A stretch of DNA of 64,000 bases from Mustelus asterias (Eukaryota). The stretch spans positions 496,001 to 560,000 of the forward strand of contig NW_027590136.1 in NCBI RefSeq assembly GCF_964213995.1. The letters run 5' to 3'. Below are positions 1-11,273 of the stretch, in pieces. The notes beneath the pieces were generated by a model, which was not told where the DNA came from, did not search any database, and saw only the letters and a program-made list of their open reading frames with translations. How positions within the stretch are numbered: the stretch's first letter is position 1; each line of letters begins with the position of its first letter. A program made the translations under genes and the position numbers.

Positions 1-524
1 CAGGTGAATGGCCTTTCCCCAGTGTGAACTTGCTTGTGTGCACTGAGGTTGGATGAAGACCTGAACCTCTTTCCACAGGAAGGGCAGCTGAACGGTCTCT
101 CCTCTGTGTGAACTCGCTGGTGTGACAGCAGGTTAGATGACAGAGTGAATCTCTTACCACACACAGAACAGGTGAATGGCTTCTCTCCTGTGTGAATTCG
201 CTGGTATGACCAAAGACCGGATGGCCCAGCAAACTCCTTCCCACACAAGGAGCAGGTGAACGATCTCTCCCCAGTGTGAACTCGCTGATGTGCACTGAGG
301 TTGGATGAACATGAGAACCCCTTTCCACAGGTGGAGCAGCTGAACGGCCTTTCCTCAGTGTGAGTTCGCTGGTGTAACAGCAGGTGGGATGAGGTAGTGT
401 ATCCTTTCCCACACACAGAACAGATGAATGGCCTCTCTCCAGTGAGACTGTGTCTATGGTTTTCCAGCAAGTATGGATAATTGAATCCTTTACCACAATC
501 ATCACATTTCCATGGTTTCTCCAT
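1..524 (-). CDS. C2H2 zinc-finger protein, 3'-partial (runs off window start)
   Basis: Reverse strand reads MEKPWKCDDCGKGF...[16 protein letters not shown]...HTGERPFT; at least 6 finger units, two lacking a His. An upstream in-frame ATG at 620 is followed by TAG at 597-599. Confidence 0.8.
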   Translation of the reverse strand, partial: MEKPWKCDDCGKGFNYPYLLENHRHSLTGERPFICSVCGKGYTTSSHLLLHQRTHTEERPFSCSTCGKGFSCSSNLSAHQRVHTGERSFTCSLCGKEFAGPSGLWSYQRIHTGEKPFTCSVCGKRFTLSSNLLSHQRVHTEERPFSCPSCGKRFRSSSNLSAHKQVHTGERPFT

Positions 525-1583
525 TTTCTCAGCCCCAATGTGACCGTATCGATGGGTTTCCAACCGGGATGGATAATTGAACCCTTTACCACAATCCTAA
601 CATTTCCACGGTTTGTCCATGGTGCTGGTGTCCTTCTGTCTCGCCAGGTTGGTTGATTAGTTGAAGCCTCATCCACATACAGACCATGTGTATGGTTTCT
701 CCCCACTGTGAATGGTGTGGTGTTTTTCAGGCTGTGTAACTGGTTAAAGCTCTATTCACAGTCAGTTCACTGGAGCACTCTCACTTGGGTGTGTGTGTCT
801 CAGTTCTTTTTCTGTCACATTGAATTTTGAAAATTTCTTCCACTGACAAAACAGGGAACTATTTCTCCCTCCACTGTCAAAAGCAATCATAAGCAATCAC
901 TGTCAAAAGCAAGTCATGATGAATCGAATGTCTGTGAATCCTCCTCTTCTAGTTCCCTGCAAAAAGAGTTTTAAAAAACTACTTCAGAACTGACAATTTC
1001 AGTTTCCACGAAACATTTCTCTATCTCATTTATCTTGAGCTGTAATCCCCATCCCACACACTCTCTCTTGTCCCTGAGCTGAAATCAAACTCATTGCCCC
1101 ATCTCCACTTTGAGCTCAGCTCCCTCTCCCTCCAGCTGGATTCAGTCCTCCAGACCATGTACAGACTGAGAGTACAATCAAGGAGTCAATTATTTTCCTT
1201 CCAAGTCAGGGGACGTGCAGCCCCACTGACTCTGTTGTTACCACAATGGGCACATGTGCTCTGCTCACGACTGAAACACCACGGTGACCATTAACATGGG
1301 CCTGTTCCGAGGAAAGGCTCCATTTTATTTGTGCCACAACAGCAGGGGAATTACCTCCTGCACAGACACAAAGGTATCATCAGTCACAGAAAATAATTGC
1401 AGCTGGTGTCTCAAACCTCATTTTACCATTTGCTCCCAGACATTCTCAATTCAATTTTGAAATGCAAACTGAAATCTGGCAAAGTGGGGTAAATTAAAAC
1501 ACATTTTAATGGTCATTTTCAGAATGACTATTCCCAAGAATTAATTCCTAAGTCAGTAAATTAAAATTCTCATCAGCAATGTA

Positions 1584-1902
1584 GGCAGCACAGTGGTTAG
1601 CACTGCTGCCTCACAGCTCCAGGGATTCCCAACTTGGGTCACTGTCCGTGTGGAGTCTGCCCGTTCTCCCCATGCCTGCCTGGGTTTTCTCCAGATGCTC
1701 CAGTTTCCTCCCATCGTCCAAAGATATGCCAGTTAGGTGCATTGGCTATGCTAAATTGCCTCTTAGTGTCCTGGGATGAGTAGGTTCGAGGGATTCGCAG
1801 GTTACATATGTGGGGTTATGGGAATAGGGCCCAGGTGGGATTGTTGTCGGTGCAGACTCGATGGGTCGAATAACCTCCTTCAGCACTGTAGGGATTCTAT
1901 GA
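1584..1902 (+). mobile_element. HE1-like tRNA-derived V-SINE
   Basis: GGCAGCACAGTGGTTAGCACTGCTGCC head, central GTGTGGAGT..TTTCCTCCCA..CCAAAGA domain, tail ending GGGATTCTATGA. Confidence 0.8.
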
Positions 1903-2310
1903 AATACTTTGGGAGAATTGCTATTTCAATGGGCATTTTCACAAATGCTATAAAATGATTTTTCAAAACAAATTAATATTTTAATGATTAATAAATAAAA
2001 AGTATTTTCATAAAACAACCACCCAGTGTGGGGTTCAGGATTCTAACCCAGGGTTTCTGAGCTCCAGGAACCACTAACTGAACCAGCCGGGAATTGTCTC
2101 CACAAAACTTCCCCAACTCCCTCCCGGGAAAAAGCTGCAAACCCGGGAGCTGCAGCTTTTTACTGGGGGTGTTGGGGCCTCCAGCGGGTGTTTGTGAATC
2201 CTCCCCGCCCACCTCCCAGGGTTTCCTTCCTTCCCAGAGATCAGAGTCCTCATTGATTTGAGGCCAAAGTGTAACCTCTTATTTATTGTCCCCCTCCCCC
2301 ATCCTCTGAT

Positions 2311-3203
2311 GGGTGGTGGAGGCAGGCACGCTGACATCGTTTAAGACTTACCTGGATAGTCACATGAGCAGCCTGGGAATGGAGGGATACAAACGATTGG
2401 TCTAGTTGGACCAAGGAGCGGCACAGGCTTGGAGGGCCGAAGGCCTGTTTCCTGTGCTGTACTGTTCTTTGTTGTTTGTTCTTTGAAGGGGGGGAGGTTT
2501 AACACAGATATCAGAAGGACATATTTCACACAGAGGGTCGTGGGGGCCTGGAATGTGTTGCCGGGCAAGGTGGTGGAGGCGGACACACTGGGAACGTTTA
2601 AGACTTATCTAGACAGCTATATGACCGGAGTGGGAATGGAGGGATACAAAAGAGTGGTCTAGTTTGGACCAGGGAGCGGCGCGGGCTAATTGTTCCTTGT
2701 TTCTCGTTTCAAGGCTTCATTCTATGATCATCTTGCTGGTGCCAGTACAGAGCGAGACTGCGGATAGTTGGGAACCTGTCTCGGGGGCAGGGAATTCATA
2801 TGGTGTTCATGGAAGTGGAAATGACTAGGGTTGGGAAGCATTTTCCGATCAGGGCCATTGTGATCTCCTGGACTCGTTTCGATCGCCTCAGGGGGTCGGA
2901 GAGGAATTTCCCAGATTTTTTTTTTTTTTCCCCATATTGGCCCTGGGGTTTTTCACTCTGGGTTTTCGCCTCTCCCTGGGGATCACATGGTCTGGAATAG
3001 GGGGGTGGGGGTGAGTTAATAGGTTGTAATGAACAAAGCATCGTAGCTGTGAGGGACAGCTCGGTGGATAGGATATTGGTATGTAGATAGGCTGGAAAAT
3101 TGGGCGGGGATCCTGGATTCAGGATTCAATCCTGGACCGGGGAGCAGCGCGGGCTTGGAGGGCCGAAGGGCCTGTTCCTGTGCTGTATTGTTCTTTGTTC
3201 TTT
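2311..3203 (+). mobile_element. Composite CR1/HER1-like LINE 3' ends (two tails; the second carries an extra ~445 bp cassette)
   Basis: ORF2 C-terminus FTQRVVGAWNVLP, (TTCTTTG)n tails at ~2465-2484 and ~3190-3203; empty site CTCTGATGTGAA at ~45940 in the paralogous copy; GATG duplicated. Confidence 0.85.
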
Positions 3204-3419
3204 GATGTGAATCATCCTCCAGTGGCTGAGCCAGGATGGGGCCGTTAACCTGGGCCTGTTCCCGGGAGGGAGGGAGGGAGGGAGAAGCCCCGCAGCTGCA
3301 AACCAGGGAGCTGACAATGATTCTGAAGGGTTTGCGGATCCACAAAGTGTTTCCAAATCCTCCCAGCCACCGCCTAACGCTGACTCCGCTTCTCCGGGAC
3401 AAACAAGCGCCAAGGACAG

Positions 3420-3600
3420 CAATGACACTGCGCATGCTCCACATCACAAAGCCCGGGGGCTGATTGACGGCAACTCCGGACCAATAGGAAGAGGGGGCGG
3501 GGCTGGAGGACCGAGCTGGAGCGGCTGGTCCTCCAACCAATCGGAGTGAATGAGGGGCGGGACCTGAAGCATGCGCAGTGCGGGGAATGGCGACAGACGG
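3420..3600. promoter_or_regulatory. CpG-rich promoter module between divergent ZNF genes
   Basis: Two CCAAT, two GGGGCGGG, NRF1-like CTGCGCATGC/GCATGCGCAG; paralogous copy at ~46160-46300. Confidence 0.65.
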
Positions 3601-3889
3601 TTTAGAAAATTGAACAACATCAACTATCTCCCTCTGTTCAGACCCGAGAATGAAGCCCAGCAGGACCCGAGGACCCATCAGCCCACAGCTCCAACAGTTT
3701 GCTGAGGACCACTTCCCTGGGAATTGTGCTTTTTCAGAGTTCATCCCACACTTCTGTTTTCTGATTTCCAGCTGTTTCTGAGTTTTAACTGTATCCTCTA
3801 TTGTGAACACCGAGGCAAAATACTTGTTCAATTCATCTCCCAGCTCCTTATTTTTCATTATCAATTCCTGGACTCACTTTCTATTAGAC

Positions 3890-4612
3890 AGTTAAGAAAT
3901 GAGGTGGAGCAAGTGACTGAAGTGTCAGTCAGGGAGCACTATTGGGAGCACCAATAGTTTCAAAATAGTTCTGGAAAAAGATAGGACAGGTCCACAGGTC
4001 AAGGCCCTAAACTGGAGCAGCGCCACTTTTGTGGGCATTAGGCAGGATCGAGCAGATGTCGATGAGGTGAGTTTGTTTGAAGGGAAAGGAATGACTGGCA
4101 AATGGGAGGTTTTAAAAGTGTGATATCAAGAATCCAGGGGCAGTATATTCCTGTTAAGATGCAGGGAAAGAATGGTAAATTTAAGGATCTCTGGCAGACA
4201 AGGGACATTGAGGCTCTGGTCAGGTAAAAGAAGGAAGCATACATTGGGTTTAGGCAATCGGGGACAAGTGAATCACTCTGACTATAAAAAGTGGAAGAAA
4301 ATACTGAGGAGGGAAATCAGGAGGACAAAAAGAGGGTCTGATATGGATCTGGCAGGTAAGATTAAAGAAAATTCCAAGAGGTTCTATAGCTATATTAAGA
4401 GTAAAAGGGTGGCTAGGGAGAGAATAGATCCCCTTAAAAATCAGTATGGCCATCTGTGTGTGGAGCCACAGGAGATGGGTGAGATTTTTAATGAATACTT
4501 CTCCTCTGTGTTTACTGCGGAGAGCACCATGGGTGCGAAAGAAATAAGGGAAACAAGTGGTGATGTCTTGGGCACACGCATGTTACTTGGGAGGAGGTAT
4601 CTGCAGCCTTAT
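3890..4612 (+). mobile_element. Degraded CR1-like LINE ORF2 fragment
   Basis: LAGKIKENSKRFYSYIKSKR...EIFNEYFSSVFT motif in ORF 4172..4696. Confidence 0.8.
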
Positions 4613-4614
4613 AA

Positions 4615-4798
4615 AAGCAAATTACTGCGGAAGCTGGAATCTGAAACCAAGAGAGAAAATGCTGGAAAATCTCAGCAGGTCTGGCAGCATCTGTAAGGAG
4701 AGAAAAGAGCTGATGTTTCTTGTCTCGATGACCTTTTGTCAAAGCTCTGAAACATCAGTTCTTTTCTCTCCATACAGATGCTGCCAGACCTGCTGAGA
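4615..4798. mobile_element. Penelope-like inverted terminal fragment (palindrome)
   Basis: TCTCAGCAGGTCTGGCAGCATCTGTA...TACAGATGCTGCCAGACCTGCTGAGA inverted arms; related to 32215-32387. Confidence 0.6.
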
Positions 4799-5274
4799 AT
4801 GGGGAGTGTGTGGGATGGAGATTTCCAGCTTTTGGGGAATGAGAGAGGAAAGAATGTTCCATAGAAATTGTTCTGAATTTCTATCCTGTACTGACACTGA
4901 TGACTTTTGTAAACTCATTTTACAGGATATTGAAAGAGGAATCACAGGCTGAAATCTCAAACGTCACGTCTAGACGTGAGAGTCATATTCCTTGGGAGCT
5001 GAATATCATCGGACTTTGAATCCAGAAGGAGAAATGATTGTCCAGTCTGTCGATTTGAAAAGATTTGAAATGTCAGTGTGAGTGAAAAAGCATCAACACA
5101 CTGCCACACTCGAGTGAGAGTGTTCCAATGCACTGACTAAAGAGCTTTAACCAGTTACACAGTCTGAATAAATATCACCCCATTCACAGCGGGGAGAGAC
5201 TGTAATCTTGTTCTGTGTGTGGACGAAGTTTCAACTAATTGTCCACCCAAGAGAGAGGTAAGGACACCTGCACC

Positions 5275-5863
5275 ATGGAGAAACCATGGAAATGTGTGGA
5301 CTGTGGGAAACGATCCAGAGCCCCATCTCTGCTGGAAGCTCATCGGCGCGGCCACACTGGGGAGAGACCATTCACCTGCTCTCAGTGTGAGAAGGGATTC
5401 ATTCAGTTATCCAGCCTGCAGAGACACCAGCGAGTTCACACTGGGGAGAGGCCATTCACCTGCTCTGTGTGGGAAGGGATTCACTCAGTCATCCCACCTG
5501 CAGACACACCAGCGAGTTCACACTGGGGAGAGGCCATTCACCTGCTCTCAGTGTGGGAAGGGATTCATTCAGTTATCCAGCCTGCAGAGACACCAGCGAG
5601 TTCACATTGGAGAGAGGCCGTTCACCTGCTCTCAGTGTGGGAAGGGATTCACTTGTTCATCTAACCTGCAGACACACCAGCGAGTTCACACTGGGGAGAG
5701 ACCGTTCACCTGCTCTCAGTGTGGGAAGGGATTCACTCAGTTATCCACCCTGCAGACACACCAGCGAGTTCACACTGGGGAGAGACCATTCACCTGCTCC
5801 CAGTGTGGGAAGCGATTCAGAGTTTCATCCACCCTGCTGAGACACCAGCAAGTTCACGAGTGA
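5275..5863 (+). pseudogene. C2H2 ZNF, 7 fingers, frameshifted in finger 3 (pseudogene or sequence error)
   Basis: [10 protein letters not shown] start at 5275; TGCTCTGTGTGGGAAG at ~5461 is 2 nt short; remaining fingers lie in the frame of ORF 5219..5863. Confidence 0.8.
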
Positions 5864-8499
5864 TTCCAGGGGTTGGATTCTGCTGTTATTGTTTCTGCTC
5901 TCAATTACATCCAGGACTGCATTTTGTTCATTCTCACAGTTGGTCAATGGGAAGGGTCAGAGGGTTTCTTTCTGCTGGACTGGCCGGTCTCAGCCTCCAG
6001 TGGGCTGATGCTCTTTGAGTCTTGTTGCGAATACCTAGTTTCAAATTTCACAAGGATCACAGAGTGACAGGGTGTTAGGAAGTTCAGAGATATTTAGTCA
6101 GCATTTCTGTTTGAAACCCCCCAATGCCCATCCAATTTCCTTTGTAATTGTTTATTGTCTCCACTTCCTCCACCCTCGTAGGCAGCGAGTTCCAGGTCAT
6201 TACCATTCTTCCTCACATCCGCCCCCCCTCCCCTCCGCGCCTCTGATCCAGAACCTTAAATCTGTGTCCCCCCTCGTCCTTGTCTCATCAACTAATGGGA
6301 ACAGCTTTTCTTTGTCCACCTTATCTAAACCTGTCAGAAGCTTGTCCACCTCTATCAAATCTCCCCTCAACCTCCTTTGCTCCAAGAGGAACAACCCCAG
6401 CCTGACATTGACAATAAAGAACAAACTAACAGAATATGTTAATCCCTGAAATCAAATGGGAATGTTTAATTTCTGTTTTAAAGATATTGTGAATATATTG
6501 TCCTGGACAATAAAGGAATTGGAATAACTCACCATGGGTGTGGTTGAATGGAATATATCAATCTGGTATCCACCTACAGTCTAGTGAAAGTCTGGAATGG
6601 GATGGGATGAATAAGTTGATCACTTTCTCTGGGAGATATTTACAACTTTGTCCATGAACTTTGTTTGAAAGCCCGGCCACTACATGAAATATCAGCACCA
6701 TAACAGGGGGAGAAAGAAAGACAGACACTCACTTTGATCTTTTCATCAGCACATAACAAGCCTAAATTCATGGTGAGATGGAGTGAAGAGCGGGTCCCAA
6801 ACACACACAGCTACTTGAGACACTGCAGGAGATGAAATGGTTAATGTGGCCACGGGATTGAGACAACATTGTGACTCCATCAAGGCATTGACACACACTC
6901 CAGAGAGAAACTGAGTTCAAAACAATCAGGATCCAATTAAACACACTGCACATGGACACAAAGTGAGGAAAATTAAAATAAAATGGATAATATTATAGAT
7001 TGGGACAATTAAGGGCTTGGGGGAAATAACACAGAGTAAGAACTGTCCACAACTTAGATAGGGGTAAAGAGAGAGCTGAAGAATCTTTTACATCCATGCT
7101 TGATCTGTTGCTTGAAGCATCTGTCCTTATGTACAAGTAACCTAGAACTCACGGTGCTCCTTCAGGAGTAGGAAAGATCAAGTAGATGTTACCCCAGGCA
7201 GGGCCAGAACAGAATTGGAAAATAACGGATTGAAATTGAGTGAGGGGTCAGAGAGAGAGTTCTCCCCCCTCAAGGTGTGGACTGTAAGAATCCTGGGGGA
7301 CCCCCTACTTTGGGTTTTCTTGCTAATGAGTGAATATTATATTAGATTCTATAACTGGCTGTGCATTGATTTTGAATTTGATTGTTACACTTCTCCTGTT
7401 TTTATTCCTGTTGTGATTACGCTCTGAGTAAGGATGGTTGGCAGGTGACAGGATGGGAAATTGTGGTTTGGATCTTCATTAACCAAATGTTTTATTGATC
7501 CGAAAGGTGTAAAAGGGGTCAAACTTCAGCAGAAATCCAGCAGAGCTGAGAACAGGCGACTTGCTCTGTGGGAACAGGGAGATAAACAGCTCCCAGAGGA
7601 CAGAGAATACAGGAGTGCCTTGAATCCTAGATGACACCTGGGTGTCACGACCACCATGTTTTCACTGCTTGGCATGGGAATGCTGACTCCCTGTACCAGG
7701 GACGGAGTGTGGGAAGACAATTGTTTGAGAGTTTGACATGGCTTGGGCAGGTACAGATGGTTCAATGACAGGTTTTGTAATTGGTCCGTTCACGTGTTAG
7801 CTGAGCAATGATTGGGTTAAATCAGTCTCCATAGACTTTGTGATGTAAAAAAGTATAAGAAGGGATTCCCGAGCACAGAGATTTGTCGAGGTTTTACATA
7901 TTGCATTGACTGGTGCCATGGCATCTGGGGCAGAGCAGGGAGCATTTCCGTGGAGATGCTGCTTCTACCCAGAGTGTAATGGTAATGCTGCTGCACTTTG
8001 ATACGACTGCTCAGACATTAGCCTGTGTCGGCTCTTATTGATACTGAATAAAATCTAACCACTGTCACCAATAAGGGTTATCACTGGCAATCATTTCAGA
8101 GTTTGAGAAAAGGGGAGAAAGGGTTAATTGACTCCCTGAACTCCATTTTCTAACATCGCTGAGTCAAAAATAAAATCCCATCTCCCCCTCTGGTTCCTTT
8201 GCCAATTACCTTAGAGGGACTCACTTTCTCTTAAAGAGCCTGCCAACCCCTCTCACCCACTTTCCCTAAAGTGCATCAATCTCATCAGGAAAAGTCCAGA
8301 ACAATCAAATAATTTTACTGATAAAAGTTTATTGATGAAACAGAACATGGTTAAAACAAACAGAAAATGACTTGAGGATCAAAGACAACCAGAGTAAAAG
8401 GATGTTCACAATGTTCTGGACACAAATGGTTTCTCTTCAGCTCCTCTGTCCCCTGTTCCTGTGACTCCCCGCTTTGGACACAGGGACACTGAACCCCGG

Positions 8500-8620
8500 G
8501 GGTCACGTCACCATCAGCCTCGGTCACCCCCCTCCCAAGCCCCGATTGGTTGGAGGCCCATTTCCCAGTCAGTCCTCCAGCGCCTTCCTGTCTCTCTATT
8601 AGTGCAACGCCCAGGGCAGT
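8500..8620. promoter_or_regulatory. Degraded copy of the ZNF promoter module
   Basis: CCGATTGGTTGGAGG...GTCCTCCAG core as at 3480-3560, plus a TCACGTCA CRE-like site. Confidence 0.4.
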
Positions 8621-9286
8621 TTCCCAACTGCCATGCAGGCCTGTTATTCGCAGCTAAATTCAGCCCTCAGCTCCGTCGCCTGGCTGTCATTGACACGAGC
8701 AACAGAGACAGAAAGGTGCCCCAGGCTCAAATGGGAAGTCAAAACTTGTGGCTCTAAACCAACACTTCAACATTTGTCAGTCAAATCCATGTTATTTACA
8801 CTGGGAGTTTTTATGATGAGATTAATTGATGTGTTCGGCTGGTCAGCAAGCTCGAGAAGCACTGATTCCAGATTGTTCAATACTTCTGCCTTGAATCGCA
8901 AAATCTTCTCACTTTATCCCCTTCCTGAACTGAATTCCATCATCCTGAGCAGCTGTGGGTGTCACCTCTCTGTGTAAACTCCTGCCCCTTTTTATAAGGC
9001 TCTCTCTTTCCTTATTGTGGGTCAATTCTTGAATGGTTGAGGATCGCTCTGTGATGTAGTGAGTGTTTATCCGGTCAATCAATGTTTCTGATGTCAGTCA
9101 CAACGTCCATCGTTACTTTTCACCTGCTTCTTACTCTGTGTTTTATAAAAATAAAGTTTTTAAACTTTTACAGAATGGTCAGCTTTAAGGTTTCTGTAGT
9201 TGGTGATGAGGTCATCCAAAGGTCAAAGCCTCTCTTTTCTCCTTCCCGTTTAACGAAGGGGTTGTGTGAAATATTCCATTCAGGGG

Positions 9287-9603
9287 GAGGTGGTGGGAAT
9301 GTCGCTGGCCGAGTAATGCAGAGACCAGCAAAGGATCTGGGGTCAGGCAGCTGGTGGGATTTGAATTCAGTGAATCAATCTGGAATTATATAAAGTTAGT
9401 CTCAGTAACGGTGACCATGAAATTGTCATCGATTGTTGTAAAAACCCATCCAGTTCACCCTATTAATGCTCCCTATTAGGGAAGGAAATCTGCCATCCTT
9501 ACCCGGTCTGGCCTACATGTGAATCCAGACCCACACAGCGATGTGGGTGAATCTTAACTGCCCCTCTGAAATGGCTGAGCAAGTCACTCCATTCAAGGGC
9601 AAT
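9287..9603 (+). mobile_element. SacSINE1/DeuSINE-like SINE
   Basis: TAGGGAAGGAAATCTGCCATCCTTACCCGGTCTGGCCTACATGTGA core shared with five other copies in the window. Confidence 0.65.
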
Positions 9604-9689
9604 CGTTCTAGACACCCACCACCCTCTGTGAAAAAATTGCCCCTCTGGACCCTTTTGTATCTCTCCCCTCTCACTTTAAACCTATGCCC

Positions 9690-9890
9690 TCTGTCTGTGT
9701 GGAGTTTGCACATTCTCCCCGTGTCTGCGTAGGTTTCCTCCGGGTTCTCCAGTTTCCTCCCACAAGGCTAAATTCTCATTCAGTGTACCCGAACAGGTGC
9801 CGCGGTGCAGCGATTAGGGGATTTTCACAATAACTTCATTGCAGTATTAATGTAAGCCCACTTGTGACTAATAAATAAACGTTACTTTAC
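9690..9890 (+). mobile_element. 5'-truncated V-SINE with alternative tail
   Basis: V-domain followed by tail ...CATTGCAGTATTAATGTAAGCCCACTTGTGACTAATAAATAAAC. Confidence 0.65.
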
Positions 9891-10685
9891 TTAGACCTCT
9901 ATAAGATCACCCCCAAGTCTCTTACGCTCCAGGGAAAAAACACCCAGTCTATCCAGCCTCTCCTTATACCTTAAACCATCAAGGCCTGGTAGCATGCTAG
10001 TAAATCTTTTCTGCACTCTTTCTAGTTTAATAATATCCTTTCTATAATCGGGTGACCAGAACTGTATACAGTATTTCAAGTGTGGCCTTACCAATGTCTT
10101 GTACAACTTCAACAAGACGTCCCAACTCCTGTATTCAATGTTCTGACCGATGAAACCAAGCATGCTGAATGCCTTCTTCACCACTCTGTCCACCTGTGAC
10201 TCCACTTTCAAGGAACTATGAACATGTACCTCTAGATCTCTTTGTTTTATAGCTCTCTCCAACACCCTGCCATTAACTAAGTAAGTCCTGCCCTGATTCA
10301 GTCTACCAAAATGCATCACCTCGCATTTATCTAAATTAAACTGCATTTGCCATTCATCAGGCCACTAGCCCAATTGATCAAGATCCCGTTGCAATCTGAG
10401 ATAACCTTCTTCACTGTCCACTGTGCCACCAATCTTGGTGTCATCTGCAAACTTACTAACCATGCCTCCTATATTCTCATCCAAATCATTATTATAAATG
10501 ACAAATAAGAGTAGGCTCAGCATTGATCCCTGTGGTGCACCACTGGTCACAGGCCTCCAGTTTGAAAAACAACCCTCTATAACCACCCCCTGTCTTCTAT
10601 CATCCAGCCAATTTTGTATCCATTTAGCTACTTCACCCTGGATCCCATGAGATTTAACCTTATGCAACACCTCCCTTGCTAAAGT
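9891..10685 (-). mobile_element. CR1-like LINE reverse transcriptase fragment
   Basis: GAPQGSML..LLFVIY.ND, SKFADDTK, QFNLDKCEVMHFG, LYKTLVRPHL; internal stop. Confidence 0.9.
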
Positions 10686-11273
10686 CCTCATTAGATATCA
10701 ATTCTACCCGTTACCTACATTTCACTGAACCAGTCTATATTTTCATCACCAGACTACACTGGCAGCAATGTCAACATCTTTCTAACTTGATTGATTCTAT
10801 TGAGGAGCTGACAAGGGTGACCATTGAGGGTAGAGCTGATTGAAGTCTATAAAATTATGAGGGACAGAGATAGGGTTGACAGTCAGAATCTTTTTCCCCA
10901 GAGTTAAAATTTCTAATACTAGGGGGCATGCACTTCAGGAGAGAGGGGGAAAGTTCAAAAGAGATGTGAGGGGCAAGTTTTTCCTTTACACAGAGAGTGG
11001 TCGTGTCTGGAACACGCTGCAGCACAGGTGGTGGAGGCAGATACGATAGGGGCGTTTAGATAAACACATAAATATGCAAGGAATATGGACCAAGGGCAGG
11101 CAGAATGGATAAGTTTAATTTGGCATCATGTTCGACCCAATATCGTGGGCTGAAGGGTCTGTTCCTGTGCTGTACTGTTCTACGTTCTATTAGTGATCTC
11201 CATTTAGAAAAAGGAAATAAAGGCACTGGAGAAGGGTCAAGAAAGATTCACAAGAATAATCCCAGAACTGTAA

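Noticed and set aside
3016-3864. 282-aa ORF
   Set aside because: Chance fusion of a LINE fragment, the GC-rich promoter module and a LINE tail
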